A DNA stretch of 64,000 nt from contig QFPN01000007.1 of NCBI GenBank assembly GCA_003241695.1, positions 72,954 to 136,953 on the forward strand, read 5' to 3'. The notes beneath the pieces were generated by a model that did not search any database, was not told the origin of the DNA, and worked only from the letters and a program-made list of their open reading frames with translations. This document shows, one piece after another, positions 19,991-29,974 of this stretch. The DNA comes from Ancylobacter novellus (lineage in GTDB: Bacteria; Pseudomonadota; Alphaproteobacteria; Rhizobiales; Methylopilaceae). How positions within the stretch are numbered: position 1 is the stretch's first letter; each line of letters begins with the position of its first letter. Made by a program: the position numbers and the translations under genes.

Positions 19991-21082
19991 TCAGACGTAC
20001 GTGATCGCGCCGAGCGTCGGCATCACGCCGGCGGCGAAGGTTAGCGTCGCGGCCGGCGCGACGAGGGTGAAGCCGTTCTCTCCGACGACGCGGGCGATCG
20101 CGCCTTCGATCACGGTCCGCCGCAGCTTGAAGGGCTTCGACGGTCGACCGGGCTCCGCCTCGTCTTTGAAGGCCGCCGCAAGCTCGGCCGCGATCGCGTC
20201 GCGGGTGGCCGACGCGCTGTCGGCAAGATCCGCGATCGAAATCGCGACCGGCGAAGCGGCCGGCGGCGTCGCGAAGATCCGGGCCGTGAGAGGGCGGCGC
20301 AGCGGGCTCTCGATATAGGCCTGGACCACGGCCACCTGGTCGGCGGTCGGGATCGCGTCCGGCTGGTCGGTCACGGTGAACTGCAGCCAGATCGCGCGCA
20401 CGTCGTCGACGAAGGGCTCGACGAAGACGCGGTCGACGGCGGCCAGCGCGTCGCGGGTCCAGCGCTCCCAGTCGGCCGCCGATCCGCCTGCCGGAGGCTT
20501 GCGCCGGCGGTCGATCGCGCGACGGCGAAGCGCGCGGATCGATTCCCGATCGGAGCCGCCCGTGAGGCCGCCCGCGGCGACGACGCCCGACCAATCCAGT
20601 CCGTCCGGAAGCGTCTCGTCGCTTGCGACCGTCATGGCGAGACCCGCACCGCAGTCGCCGACCGCACCATCGTCCTCGGCCTCGATCGGAACGACGAGCG
20701 TCGTCGAGGTCGCGGTCACCGTCGCGGTCGCCCGATAGGCGACGCCGTCGGCGCGAAGGAACCGCAGACCCTCGGGCACGACCGTTCCGACCACGGCCGC
20801 GAACTCGACCGCGCCCGACGCCGGCGCCGCCGCGGCCCGGACGAGGCCGAGGTCGTAGGCGTGGCGCTCGAGCGCGTCGGGGTCGCAGGTCGAAACGAAG
20901 AGCTGATCGTAGAGGAAGGCGCGCCGCAGTTCGTGCTCGCGGCCGAGCATCGCCAGCACCTTGGCCGTGACCGTGAAGGTGTTGGGCCACACCGCCACCA
21001 CGGCGCCCTCGACCGAAGACGTGAAGTAACCGCGGGCCTCGGCGGACAACTCGTCGAGGGTGCGGACCCTATATCCCGCCAT
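19991..21082 (-). CDS. baseplate J / Mu gp47 protein
   Basis: LERHA..GLVR..GGLTGGSDRES..LRRR..PPAGGSAADWERW. Confidence 0.92.
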   Translation of the reverse strand: MAGYRVRTLDELSAEARGYFTSSVEGAVVAVWPNTFTVTAKVLAMLGREHELRRAFLYDQLFVSTCDPDALERHAYDLGLVRAAAAPASGAVEFAAVVGTVVPEGLRFLRADGVAYRATATVTATSTTLVVPIEAEDDGAVGDCGAGLAMTVASDETLPDGLDWSGVVAAGGLTGGSDRESIRALRRRAIDRRRKPPAGGSAADWERWTRDALAAVDRVFVEPFVDDVRAIWLQFTVTDQPDAIPTADQVAVVQAYIESPLRRPLTARIFATPPAASPVAISIADLADSASATRDAIAAELAAAFKDEAEPGRPSKPFKLRRTVIEGAIARVVGENGFTLVAPAATLTFAAGVMPTLGAITYV

Positions 21083-21611
21083 CTGCCCGCCTCCAGAGCG
21101 CGTCGAAGGACTGCGCGTAGATCTCTTTCTCGCCGGCGTAGACCCCGACCGTGAGCCGGATCTCGCCGTCATTCGGGTTTGCGGTCGCGGTCGCCTCGAT
21201 GCGCTCGGCGAGCCCCTGCGTCTTCAGCGGGCGCAGCGCGAACAGCGCGGCGAGTTCGATCTCGCGCGCGGTGTCGTCGTTCACGACGGCGCGGCGAAAG
21301 CGCCAGAAGGTCGAGCCGAGCGGCCCTTCGCCTTTGTCCTTGCGGATGTCGAAGCCGTCGCCCGGCCAGCCGCGCGGATCGCCCGTCGGCTGAGGTCCGC
21401 CGAGCGCCGCGGAGGGGCGCGCGTCGGAGAACAGCAGCATCATGACCGCCGAAGCGATCGGGTTCGCGGCGACGAAGCCGCCGGGCCCGCCGTCCTCCGG
21501 AACCTTGGACAGGTAGAAGTCGCCGGACTGGCCGTCCCACAGGACGTCTGGCGGCAGCACGGCGACGCCGATGTCGGCCAGGGGGCCGAGCGGCGTGAGC
21601 GTCAGATCCAT
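21069..21611 (-). CDS. Mu gp46-like baseplate protein
   Basis: AVMMLLFSDAR..PRGWPGD..LGSTFW..ALRPL. Confidence 0.88.
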   Translation of the reverse strand: MDLTLTPLGPLADIGVAVLPPDVLWDGQSGDFYLSKVPEDGGPGGFVAANPIASAVMMLLFSDARPSAALGGPQPTGDPRGWPGDGFDIRKDKGEGPLGSTFWRFRRAVVNDDTAREIELAALFALRPLKTQGLAERIEATATANPNDGEIRLTVGVYAGEKEIYAQSFDALWRRADGGI

Positions 21612-21621
21612 CAGATGAGCC

Positions 21622-22113
21622 TCAGCCTATCGGTTCGTCGGTCGGCGACGAGCCGCGCATCACGCCGCCATGCTTGTGGTCGGAGCCGATGTTCTTGCCG
21701 TCATGGGTGACCTGGCCGCCCGAGATCGCGACGCCCGAGCCTGAGATCGTGAGCGTCGTCCCCCCCGCGACGAGCGTGATCTTCGCCGAGTGGACGATGC
21801 GGACCTCGCCCTTCACGACCGAGACCATGTTGCCGTTGGCGTCGTAGAGGACGCTGGACCCGGCCTCGCGGTTCTTCGGCCGGTGCTGCGCGTGCTCCAT
21901 GCCGAGCGCGAGGTTGAGCAGACGCCCGCCGTCGTGCGGGCCGAGCTGCAGCACGACGCCATGGGCGTCGGCCGGCGACGACGAATGGAAGCCGAAAGGC
22001 TGCAGCCGGTGGACACGCGACAGCGTCTCGCCCCGCGGCCCGAGCAGCTTGACGAACTGCTGGTCGCCAGCGTCGTCGGTCTCGACGAGGCGGCCGCGGA
22101 CGATCCGGCTCAC
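21622..22113 (-). CDS. baseplate spike (Mu gp45-like)
   Basis: RLQPFGFHS..GSSVLYD..GSDHKHGGV (HxH tip motif). Confidence 0.88.
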   Translation of the reverse strand: MSRIVRGRLVETDDAGDQQFVKLLGPRGETLSRVHRLQPFGFHSSSPADAHGVVLQLGPHDGGRLLNLALGMEHAQHRPKNREAGSSVLYDANGNMVSVVKGEVRIVHSAKITLVAGGTTLTISGSGVAISGGQVTHDGKNIGSDHKHGGVMRGSSPTDEPIG

Positions 22114-23156
22114 GCGGCGCTCCCGAGCGTCTCGGGGAGAACGAGCGTCAGCTCGGCGAAGGTGCCGCAGCCCTCGCCCTCGCCGAGCTCCTGGACGAAC
22201 TCGACCGCCTGGATGGCGAGATCGGTCGCGAGCTCTTCGGACGGCAGATCGACATAGAGCAAGTTGCGCGGCGCCCAGAGTTCGCCGGCCTCGTCGCGCC
22301 AGGTCGAGACCGTGACCTGCACGGCGAGCCGGGCGCCGTTGCGGCGGTCAAGCTCCCACTGCGCCCGCTCGCGCAGATCCTCGCTCTCGTTGGAGCCCTC
22401 GTTCTCGATCAGCAGCGGCCGATGCCGGCCATAGGTCTCGCTCGACGCTGTCTCTTCCTGCCGGAGGTCGTCTTCCTCGACGCCCTCGGACTTCTGGCCG
22501 CGGACGACGCATTCCGAGAAGGCGACGTTCATCTGGTCGCGCAGGCGATAGCGGATCAGCGGAGCCGCGCCCTCGACCAGCCCGCCGGCGTGACGCGGTC
22601 CGGGACCGCGCGCGATCTGGACCGAGCCGTCCGGCTGGCCGGTCAGGAACAGACCCTGACGGCGCGCCTCGCGCTCGAGCGTCGCGAACAGCGGCTCGCC
22701 GGGCGACCGTTGCACCATCGGGATCGTCGGCAGCGACGAGAGCGCATCGAAGCCGACGCCCCACTCGTCGAACTCTTCCGCGACGCCCGCGAGATCTTTG
22801 TTCTCGACGAAGCCGGTCTCGTGCCGGACCGGCTCGCAGTCGATCGCGTCAGCGGCCTTCGAGCGGCCCGACACCGAGACGCGTCGGGAGCCCGGCGAGA
22901 CCTGGGCCGCATATTCGTCGACATAGCCCGCGCAGGCGAGGTCGCCGCCGCCGAAGGCGCCGAGCGCGCCGTTCTCGATGGTGTAGATCTCGACGAGCTT
23001 GCATTGGCGCAGCCGGCCGGCCTCGGACGACCACGCCGGATTGGTCGCGGCGAGCTCGAAGGCGATCGCCGCGGCCTCGACGGAGCGCGAGATCCGCACC
23101 GACTGAAACCCCTGAAGGGCGTAGCCGTCGACGACAAGCGATAGAAGTTCGGCCAT
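22110..23156 (-). CDS. baseplate hub (Mu gp44/P-like)
   Basis: FQSVRISRSVE..GYVDE..VSGRSKAADAIDC..RAQWE..GELWAP. Confidence 0.88.
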   Translation of the reverse strand: MAELLSLVVDGYALQGFQSVRISRSVEAAAIAFELAATNPAWSSEAGRLRQCKLVEIYTIENGALGAFGGGDLACAGYVDEYAAQVSPGSRRVSVSGRSKAADAIDCEPVRHETGFVENKDLAGVAEEFDEWGVGFDALSSLPTIPMVQRSPGEPLFATLEREARRQGLFLTGQPDGSVQIARGPGPRHAGGLVEGAAPLIRYRLRDQMNVAFSECVVRGQKSEGVEEDDLRQEETASSETYGRHRPLLIENEGSNESEDLRERAQWELDRRNGARLAVQVTVSTWRDEAGELWAPRNLLYVDLPSEELATDLAIQAVEFVQELGEGEGCGTFAELTLVLPETLGSAA

Positions 23157-23893
23157 CAGACCTCCGGCGCCAGCGCGTCGAACTCGGTCGGCATGAACAT
23201 CGGCGTCCCGCAGGTCGCGCGCTTCGCGAGCTCGGCCCCACGGTTCGGGTCGCCATAGAGCCGCCAGGCGACGACCGTCGACGGATAGGCGCGCGTCAGC
23301 GTCACGCGCACGGTGGGCTTCAGCGACGCAGCCCGGTCGGAGAGTCTCCGCGAGGCCTGCGCCGCGGCCGCGGCGAGCGTTTCCGTCACCCTGTCGCCGA
23401 GAGCCGCGGCGAGACGGTCGATCGAGCCCGTCAGCGCGTCGTCGATCCGTCTGCGCGCCGCAATGGCTTCGTCGCGGGCGTCGATCGACGCCCGGGCTTC
23501 CGCGACGAAGGCCGCGCCGAGCAGCGCCGCCTCGAACCCCGCGGCGAGGGCGGTCGCCAGGCGATAGCGCCCCGTCAGGACCGGCGACGAGGTGCGTGGG
23601 ATCGCGTCCGCGGCGGAGGCCGCTGCGCGATAGAACTCCCGCACGACGCCGCCCTGGTCGGCCGCCGCCGCGAAGCTCTGCGCCTGGGCGACCAACCGCC
23701 GACCGATCGTCGACGCGGCCTCCGCCCCGTCGATCCGGTCGGCGAGCACGTGGACGATCGTTCGGCAGGTGCGACGGCAGCGCGCGACGGCGTCGCCGGT
23801 CGCCGGCACTTCGAGCGTGAGGCCGTCGAGAATGCGCGCAAGCGCCGCCGCCGTCTCGGCCGCGGCGGCGGCGGACTGAGTGCGAGACATCAT
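23156..23893 (-). CDS. tail/DNA circularisation protein, C-terminal-like part
   Basis: PSTVVAWRLYGDPNRGAEL..PMFMP, typical of the Mu N-like C-terminus. Confidence 0.75.
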   Translation of the reverse strand: MMSRTQSAAAAAETAAALARILDGLTLEVPATGDAVARCRRTCRTIVHVLADRIDGAEAASTIGRRLVAQAQSFAAAADQGGVVREFYRAAASAADAIPRTSSPVLTGRYRLATALAAGFEAALLGAAFVAEARASIDARDEAIAARRRIDDALTGSIDRLAAALGDRVTETLAAAAAQASRRLSDRAASLKPTVRVTLTRAYPSTVVAWRLYGDPNRGAELAKRATCGTPMFMPTEFDALAPEV

Positions 23894-23904
23894 CGGCTCA
23901 GCTT

Positions 23905-24390
23905 TCAGAAGCCGGACAGCACGTCGCCGATCAGACCCGGCAGCGTCTTGAGAATGTCCTCGGCGATCCGGTCGCCGATCTCGATCAGCGGAAACCCGCC
24001 CGTGTCGAGCCCGGCTTCGACGAAGCGCATCGAGAGCGCCACATAGCCGAGCCGCCCCTTCTCCGACGCCGTCGAGACCGACACGCAGCGCGCCAGAAGC
24101 GCCCCGGTCATCGGGAGAACCAGCAGGCCTTCGCCATAGGACGAGCAGGCGTCGAGAAGCTCCTGCGCGCGCGCGTCAGCGAGATTGCCGACCACATAGG
24201 CCGTCACGCCGATGAGCTGCGGCTTGCGGCCGAGGTCCTCGGTGGCGTGGTTTTCGGCGTTGACGAAGGGATGCACCGCGACGAAGCGCCCGCCCTCGTC
24301 CACGCCCTCGCGCTCGACATGAAACCGCACGCCTTTGAAGGACGCCTTCGGTAGCGTCGCAGGCCAGTCGCGGACTGCAGCCGACCCCAT
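23905..24390 (-). CDS. DNA circularisation N-terminal domain protein (Mu N-like)
   Basis: LPKASFKGVRFHV..GGR..VHPF..EDLGR..GLLVLP..MRFVEAG. Confidence 0.88.
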   Translation of the reverse strand: MGSAAVRDWPATLPKASFKGVRFHVEREGVDEGGRFVAVHPFVNAENHATEDLGRKPQLIGVTAYVVGNLADARAQELLDACSSYGEGLLVLPMTGALLARCVSVSTASEKGRLGYVALSMRFVEAGLDTGGFPLIEIGDRIAEDILKTLPGLIGDVLSGF

Positions 24391-24980
24391 CATCGGCCGC
24401 GGGCCCCGAGGATCTTGTCGAGTTCGCGCGCGATCTGCACGGGCAGTTCGGCCGCGGCGACCTCGTCGAACGCTTTTCGGCTCTCGCCTTCGATCATCTT
24501 GAGCGGAATCCAGACGCCGGAGCCCTGCTTGACGATCGGCTTCGCGCCCCAGCGGCGGCTGTCGGTGTCGCGGACATAGACCTGCTTGTTCAGCCGCCGG
24601 ACCATGTACCGGTTCGGCGCGCGTCCCGAACGCCGGAAAGCGCCGGGAAAGAAGGCCGGCTCGCCGGCGACGTCCGCCGCCACGCCGCCGTTCTCCTCCC
24701 GCGCCTTGAAGTAGCGCAGGCCGATCTCACCTCCGCGGGACGCCAGTCCAGCGCGCAGGTTCGTGGGCGAGGCGCGGAGCGGCCGCACCGCCTTGGTGAG
24801 GATCTTCGGGAAGATCCCTGTCTCGGCCGCGACGGCCTTCACGACCTTTGGCCGCGCGCGGGTGACGACGCGGTTCATCACCAGCGCGGCGGCGTTCGGA
24901 AGCCGCTTGCCCGCGACCGCAAGCGACTGCGCCAGTTCACGGATCGGAGCGTCTTCGCCGCGGATTTCGAAAACGGCCAT
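24390..24980 (-). CDS. lambda gpZ-like minor tail protein
   Basis: Basic protein: AALVMNRVVTRAR..IGLRYFKARE..GV..FFPGAF..IARELDKIL. Confidence 0.65.
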   Translation of the reverse strand: MAVFEIRGEDAPIRELAQSLAVAGKRLPNAAALVMNRVVTRARPKVVKAVAAETGIFPKILTKAVRPLRASPTNLRAGLASRGGEIGLRYFKAREENGGVAADVAGEPAFFPGAFRRSGRAPNRYMVRRLNKQVYVRDTDSRRWGAKPIVKQGSGVWIPLKMIEGESRKAFDEVAAAELPVQIARELDKILGARGR

Positions 24981-27900
24981 CAGCCCACCCTCGTCGAACG
25001 GATCTGCGGCATCGACACGCCGAGATCGGCGCGCAGCGGCCCGTCGGTGGTGGCCCGCATGCCGCGCAGCCGCGCCTGCTCGCGGCCGGAGCCGGTCAGT
25101 TCGATCGTGTGCGTGGTGGAGACCTGCATGCGCTCGAAGCGCGCCGCCGCCTCGTACATGCGATCGGCCGCGCGATGGAGATCGGGCGAGCCGGCCGCGC
25201 CGCCGATGCCGCCGGGCGGCGCAGGCGGGATCGGCGGCAGCGAGGGCGCGGGAGGCTCCGGCGCCTTGGCCTGCGGCGGCGGAATGAGACCCTCGCGGAT
25301 CGCGTCCCGGATCGTCTTGCCCTCGGTTTCCTGCTTGTGGCCCGGATTGAGCTCACCATGGCCATAGACCTGCGCCTTCGGCCACCGCTTGCGGACATCG
25401 TCGAACAGCCGCTTCGACGCTTCGATCTGCGCCGGGGTGACGTCCTTGTCGTCCTTGGCGATGACCTCGACGCCGACCGTGTTGCGGTTGGAGAGATCCG
25501 GCCGCGTGGCGTCCGGGAATTGGTCGGACGGCCGCATATGCGCGCCGCGCTCGCCATCGGGCAGCGTCTGATAGCGACGCCCGTCTCGCCCGATGACCCA
25601 CTGCACGCCGAGCCCGCGGCGGTTGAGCGTGCCAAGCACGCCCGCGGCGTCGCCGCGCCCGCCAGTATGGTGGACGACGAAGCCCTCGACGTCGTCGAGC
25701 GGCCCGCGGCGGCGCCGGGTCGCCATGCCGGAAAGGTCGATCGTTCCGGCCGGCGGATTGGCGGCGCCGATGCCCTGCCAGTCGCCGATCCCGGCGCGAC
25801 GCGCGCCATGCCACGGGCCCCAGCCGTTCTTCGCAGCGTGGTCGAGGGCGAAGTCGGTCTGCTCCTTCCAGGTGCGGGGATCGCGAACGTCGATTCCCCT
25901 GTCCTGCGCGATGTTGCCGAGGCCGCCGCCGGTGAAGAGCTGCCAGTCGCCGAAGCTGCGGCCCTGATCGCCGGTGTAGTCGTTGAAGCCCTCGCTCTGC
26001 GCGACGCGCAGCGCCGTCTCCGGGTCGATCCCGCGCTTGCGCGCCGCCTCACGGATATAGGCGGCGCGCTCCTCGCGCGACGTGACATGGCCAGCGCCGG
26101 GACCGTCGTCGACCGGCAGCGCCGCGACCGGGCCGACGCTTTCGCGTCCAGCCTCAGCGCCGCCGGCGCGTCCGGCGTCGGCCCGGTCGCGGATCGCCCA
26201 GCCGCCGCCCTCGGCGGGGCCGATGCTGCGGGCAGGACGATCATAAGCGGAACCACCCAACGACGCTCGGACCAGACCGCCATTCGGACCGCCGAAATCC
26301 TGCCCGCCCTCCGGCGCGAAGCGCAGCGGCACCGGGATGCCGGAGTCGAAGACATCCTTCATCTGCTTGAACAGGGCCTTGCCCTCTTCGAGCACCTCCG
26401 GGGCCTTCGACTTGACGCCGTCGGCAATGCCTTTGCCCGTCGCCTCGCCGACCGCCTGTCCGCCCGGCCGGGCGACGGCTGACAGAAAGTCGAGGCCAAG
26501 ATCGATCGGACTGTTTTTCAGATGCTCGGCGATCTTAGCCTCGATATCCCGGATGCTCGCCTCGATTGCCGTCTTGCGGCTCCGCAGCGCCATCAGCACC
26601 GGCGCGCGATCCATGTCGTCTCCGATCTCGGCGACGCGGCGCTCGTTCGCGGCGAGTTCGGTCCGAAGCTTCTCGATGTCGGCCTTCAGATATGGAAGAT
26701 CATTGCCTTCGCGCTCCGCCTTCCGCCGATCCAGGCCACGCTTGAGATGTTCGCCGGCGACCGCGTTGCCGTGGAAAGACCCGACGGTGCCCGCGGCGGC
26801 GATCGCGGCCGGCGCTAGCAATGACGTCCATGGCGTCATCACACCGGCGGCGGCCGTCGCCGGCAGGATCTTGGACGCCTTGTCCGCAACGCCGGCCGGT
26901 CCGGTCACCCCGAGCTTGGCGGCGGCGGCGTCGAGGGCGGCCGCGGACGCGGCGAGCTGCGCGGCGGATCCTGTCAGGGCGGTCGCGGAGCCAGTCAGCG
27001 CCGTCGACCCGAGAAGGCCGGCGGTGACCTTTACAAAGCCCGCGACGCCGAGCGCGGCTGTGGCGGCCGCACCGCCCAGACTGACAATCTGCTGCGTTGC
27101 GGGATCAAGCTTTGAAAAGCTGTCGAGCGCGCTGCCCAGACCGTCGGATGTGAATTTGATGAGACCTTCGTTCGCGCGCCCGATCTCGAGGGTGAAGTTC
27201 TCCCAGGATCCGTGCAGGTTCTCAAGCGAGCCGGAGACGCCCGACATGATGTAGTCGGTCTTCTTTTTCGCGAAATCCGGGTCGGATCCGGCGGCGCCGA
27301 TCTCCGCGAAGGACGACTTGAAGTCGTCCCACTGCTTTTGCGTGATCGCGCCCTTGCCGCCGTGTTTGTCGGTGAGCCAGGCATTGAGCTGCTGCAGCGT
27401 CATGTCCTTCGACATGGCGTCCTGCAACAACTTGAAGCTGTCCACCGAGACGCCGGACACGCCGTAGAAATCGCCGACCGCCTTGGCGGCGGATTTGCTG
27501 TCGGAAGCGCGGACCGTGCCGTCCTTCTTCTTGCCAAGGATCGGCGCGGCGGCCTCGACGATCGCCGCCGTATAGGCGTCGCGGTCCTTGATCAGTTCCT
27601 TGTCGCGGTTGATTTCGTCGATCCGCTTGCGGACCGCCGGCGTGAACGCCTTGCCGAGCGAGCCCTTGAACTGGTTTTCGAGCGCCGTCGTGTCGAGCCG
27701 GTCCGGCATCGTCACGTAGTCGTTGAAGTTGATCCCGACCGCGTTGAGCGCCGTGCGCCCCTTCTTGGTCGGAGACACCAGCCGGGACGCGGTGGCGCGC
27801 ATGAACACGCCGGCTTCGTCGCCGCGGAGCCCGCCGCGTCGGGCAAGCGCGCCCATGGCGAGCGTCGCCTCCGTCGGCAGGCCGGCGGTCGTGGACGAGG

Positions 27901-29083
27901 CGGCCGCGTATTTCACATATTGCGCCGCGTCTTCGCCCGACATGCCGCCGAGCTTCGACATCATGACGATCTGGTTCACCGCCTTGTTCGCCTCCGCGAG
28001 CGCCTTCTCCTTCGTCGAGATGTCCTTGCCGGTCGACTGCAGGTAGGAGCGGATGGTTTCCGCGCCTTCTTTCAGGCTGGTCTCCATCAGCGTGGAATAG
28101 TTGCGGACGTTGTCGAGGATGCCTTCGGCGACCTCCGCCTTTACCTTCGAGGAGAAGTCCGGCAGGCCCTGCATCGCGGTCGTCTGCGCCTGCACTACGT
28201 CAGTGTTGGAGAACGGGGTCTCCTGTCCGATCTTCTTGGCTTGCTCCAGTAGTGGCTTCTGATCCTGTTCCGTGATCCCGGTATAGGCGATCTGCCGCTT
28301 CTGCGCGTCGTCGAACTCTTTGACGTTGCGCACCGATTCCCACATCACTTCCTTGCCGCGATGCGCCGCGACGACGCCGGCGGCCCCGACCGCCACTCCG
28401 AGCGCCTCTCGGCGGGTGGCGCGGCGTTGCAGACGCCGCTCTTCCGTCGCGGCCCGGCGTGCATCTGCAGCAGCCGCGCGCAGCTCCGCCGCTTGCTGTT
28501 CCCGGATCGCCCGCGTGGTTCGGTCGATCGACCGCTGGAGGGCCTGCTGATGCCGCTCCGCGTCCTGGATGGGCACGCCGTAGGCGCGAACGGCCGAACG
28601 AGCGGCCTCGAACTCGCGCGTCTGCGCCTTCATCACCGACTGCAGCGCGCGCGCTTCACGCTCGGCGGCCTTGTGCTCGGCGGTGAGGCGCGAGACCTCC
28701 TTGGCCGCGGCGGCGGCCTTCGTCGCGACCTCAGCGCTGGCGGCGGCCCCCTTCGTGCCGGCATAGGCGTCGGCGGCTTTCTTGGCGCCGTCCAGCGCCT
28801 TGCCGACCTCGGTGAGGCGCGCGCGGGCGAGCTTCAGCGTCGCCTCGGTCGAGGCGACTTCCGCGCGCGCCTTGCGGAACGCGCTGAATTCGGCCGCGGC
28901 CTTCGACGTGCGCTCGAGGGATTTGGTCAGCCGATCAACCTCGGCCGAGGTCTTGCCGACCTTCGCGACGTCGGAAAGCGCCTTCGTCACCGATCCCGTC
29001 GCCTTGGCGACCTCGCGCAGGACCCGGCTCGCCTGATCCTCGCCGGTGAGGAGAAGCTTGGTTTCGACGACGCGCGACGCCAT
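24980..29083 (-). CDS. tape measure protein with C-terminal lysozyme-like and amidase_2 domains
   Basis: Long Ala-rich helical protein (AKKIGQETPFS..GLRGDEAG); C-terminal SEG..GDWQL..GWGPW and VVHHTGG..GVEVI..YGHGEL. Confidence 0.92.
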   Translation of the reverse strand: MASRVVETKLLLTGEDQASRVLREVAKATGSVTKALSDVAKVGKTSAEVDRLTKSLERTSKAAAEFSAFRKARAEVASTEATLKLARARLTEVGKALDGAKKAADAYAGTKGAAASAEVATKAAAAAKEVSRLTAEHKAAEREARALQSVMKAQTREFEAARSAVRAYGVPIQDAERHQQALQRSIDRTTRAIREQQAAELRAAAADARRAATEERRLQRRATRREALGVAVGAAGVVAAHRGKEVMWESVRNVKEFDDAQKRQIAYTGITEQDQKPLLEQAKKIGQETPFSNTDVVQAQTTAMQGLPDFSSKVKAEVAEGILDNVRNYSTLMETSLKEGAETIRSYLQSTGKDISTKEKALAEANKAVNQIVMMSKLGGMSGEDAAQYVKYAAASSTTAGLPTEATLAMGALARRGGLRGDEAGVFMRATASRLVSPTKKGRTALNAVGINFNDYVTMPDRLDTTALENQFKGSLGKAFTPAVRKRIDEINRDKELIKDRDAYTAAIVEAAAPILGKKKDGTVRASDSKSAAKAVGDFYGVSGVSVDSFKLLQDAMSKDMTLQQLNAWLTDKHGGKGAITQKQWDDFKSSFAEIGAAGSDPDFAKKKTDYIMSGVSGSLENLHGSWENFTLEIGRANEGLIKFTSDGLGSALDSFSKLDPATQQIVSLGGAAATAALGVAGFVKVTAGLLGSTALTGSATALTGSAAQLAASAAALDAAAAKLGVTGPAGVADKASKILPATAAAGVMTPWTSLLAPAAIAAAGTVGSFHGNAVAGEHLKRGLDRRKAEREGNDLPYLKADIEKLRTELAANERRVAEIGDDMDRAPVLMALRSRKTAIEASIRDIEAKIAEHLKNSPIDLGLDFLSAVARPGGQAVGEATGKGIADGVKSKAPEVLEEGKALFKQMKDVFDSGIPVPLRFAPEGGQDFGGPNGGLVRASLGGSAYDRPARSIGPAEGGGWAIRDRADAGRAGGAEAGRESVGPVAALPVDDGPGAGHVTSREERAAYIREAARKRGIDPETALRVAQSEGFNDYTGDQGRSFGDWQLFTGGGLGNIAQDRGIDVRDPRTWKEQTDFALDHAAKNGWGPWHGARRAGIGDWQGIGAANPPAGTIDLSGMATRRRRGPLDDVEGFVVHHTGGRGDAAGVLGTLNRRGLGVQWVIGRDGRRYQTLPDGERGAHMRPSDQFPDATRPDLSNRNTVGVEVIAKDDKDVTPAQIEASKRLFDDVRKRWPKAQVYGHGELNPGHKQETEGKTIRDAIREGLIPPPQAKAPEPPAPSLPPIPPAPPGGIGGAAGSPDLHRAADRMYEAAARFERMQVSTTHTIELTGSGREQARLRGMRATTDGPLRADLGVSMPQIRSTRVG

Positions 29084-29258
29084 CACCGTCCCTCACGCTT
29101 GCGGCGCTCGGCGCGGGCGAGCGCCCGGCCGTACCAATAGAAGATCTGGGAGATCGTCAGGTCGCGGAGGTCGCCGGGCCGCCATCCGAGCTCGAAGACG
29201 AGGTCGTCGACGAGCTCGGCGACGCCTCGGTCGCCTTCTCGGCGGCGAGGAAAAAACC
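29083..29258 (-). other. -1 frameshift extension of the tail chaperone (gpE'-like), slippery GGTTTTTTC at 29258-29250
   Basis: -1 frame reads PRRREGDRGVAELVDDLVFELGWRPGDLRDLTISQIFYWYGRAL..* and its TGA overlaps the tape measure ATG. Confidence 0.85.
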
Positions 29259-29537
29259 GAGCACCGCGTCCTTCACCGCCCGGCTGTCCGCAAGGCAGAG
29301 CTGGCCGAGAATGAGCGGGTCGCCGTCGCGCCCGTTCATCATGACGAGGCGCTCGGCATAGGCTTTGACGCGATCCATGATCGGCGTCGCCACCACCATG
29401 TCGTCGCCGCGCGGCGCCCAGACGAACGGGTCGCCGAGCTCCGAATATTCGTTCCAGGTCGGCTCGCGCAGTTCGAGCTCGCGCACCGTCTCGTGGCCGA
29501 CGATGGGCTTCGTCAGCGTGATGGTCTTGTTCGCCAT
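29157..29537 (-). CDS. tail assembly chaperone (Mu gp41/P2 gpE-like)
   Basis: TITLTKPI..VRELELREPT..LCLADSRAVKDAVLGFF; between tube and tape measure. Confidence 0.88.
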   Translation of the reverse strand: MANKTITLTKPIVGHETVRELELREPTWNEYSELGDPFVWAPRGDDMVVATPIMDRVKAYAERLVMMNGRDGDPLILGQLCLADSRAVKDAVLGFFLAAEKATEASPSSSTTSSSSSDGGPATSAT

Positions 29538-29544
29538 CTCGGCC

Positions 29545-29904
29545 TCACACGCGGCGGTACTGGTCGGAAGCGACCTTCATGCCGCGCACCTCGCCGGTCG
29601 CGGAATTGATCTCGGGTCGTCCGGACCAGTTCGCGCGGGTGAGGAGATGCGTGTGACCGGCGTCGGTCTCCTTGAAGGTGACATCGATGGTCTCCAACAG
29701 CATGCCTTCGCGCCAGGCGAAGGCGCCGCGGTCGAACGACAGCTCGATCTCGGCGAGCTGCGGCGAGACGGTGACGTAGCCCGAGGCATCCTGATTGACG
29801 CCGGTCTCCGGCGTGGCCTGAGCCGGCCGGATGGTGGCCTCGGCGCGGCCGCTGTAGCGCCGCCCGCCGATGTCGATCGTGTAACGACCGCCTTTGGTCT
29901 GCAT
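29545..29904 (-). CDS. tail tube protein (Mu M-like)
   Basis: 119 aa directly after the sheath; GGAG RBS. Confidence 0.82.
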   Translation of the reverse strand: MQTKGGRYTIDIGGRRYSGRAEATIRPAQATPETGVNQDASGYVTVSPQLAEIELSFDRGAFAWREGMLLETIDVTFKETDAGHTHLLTRANWSGRPEINSATGEVRGMKVASDQYRRV

Positions 29905-29974
29905 GGATCTCTCCTGAGATGTTTGGGATCAGCGCGGCGGCGGGGCTCGCCGCCGGGCTCGACAGGCGGACGTG

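Noticed and set aside
23893..23907. Stop-codon read-through joining the two Mu-N-like ORFs
   Set aside because: The downstream ATG is not in frame with the upstream stop.
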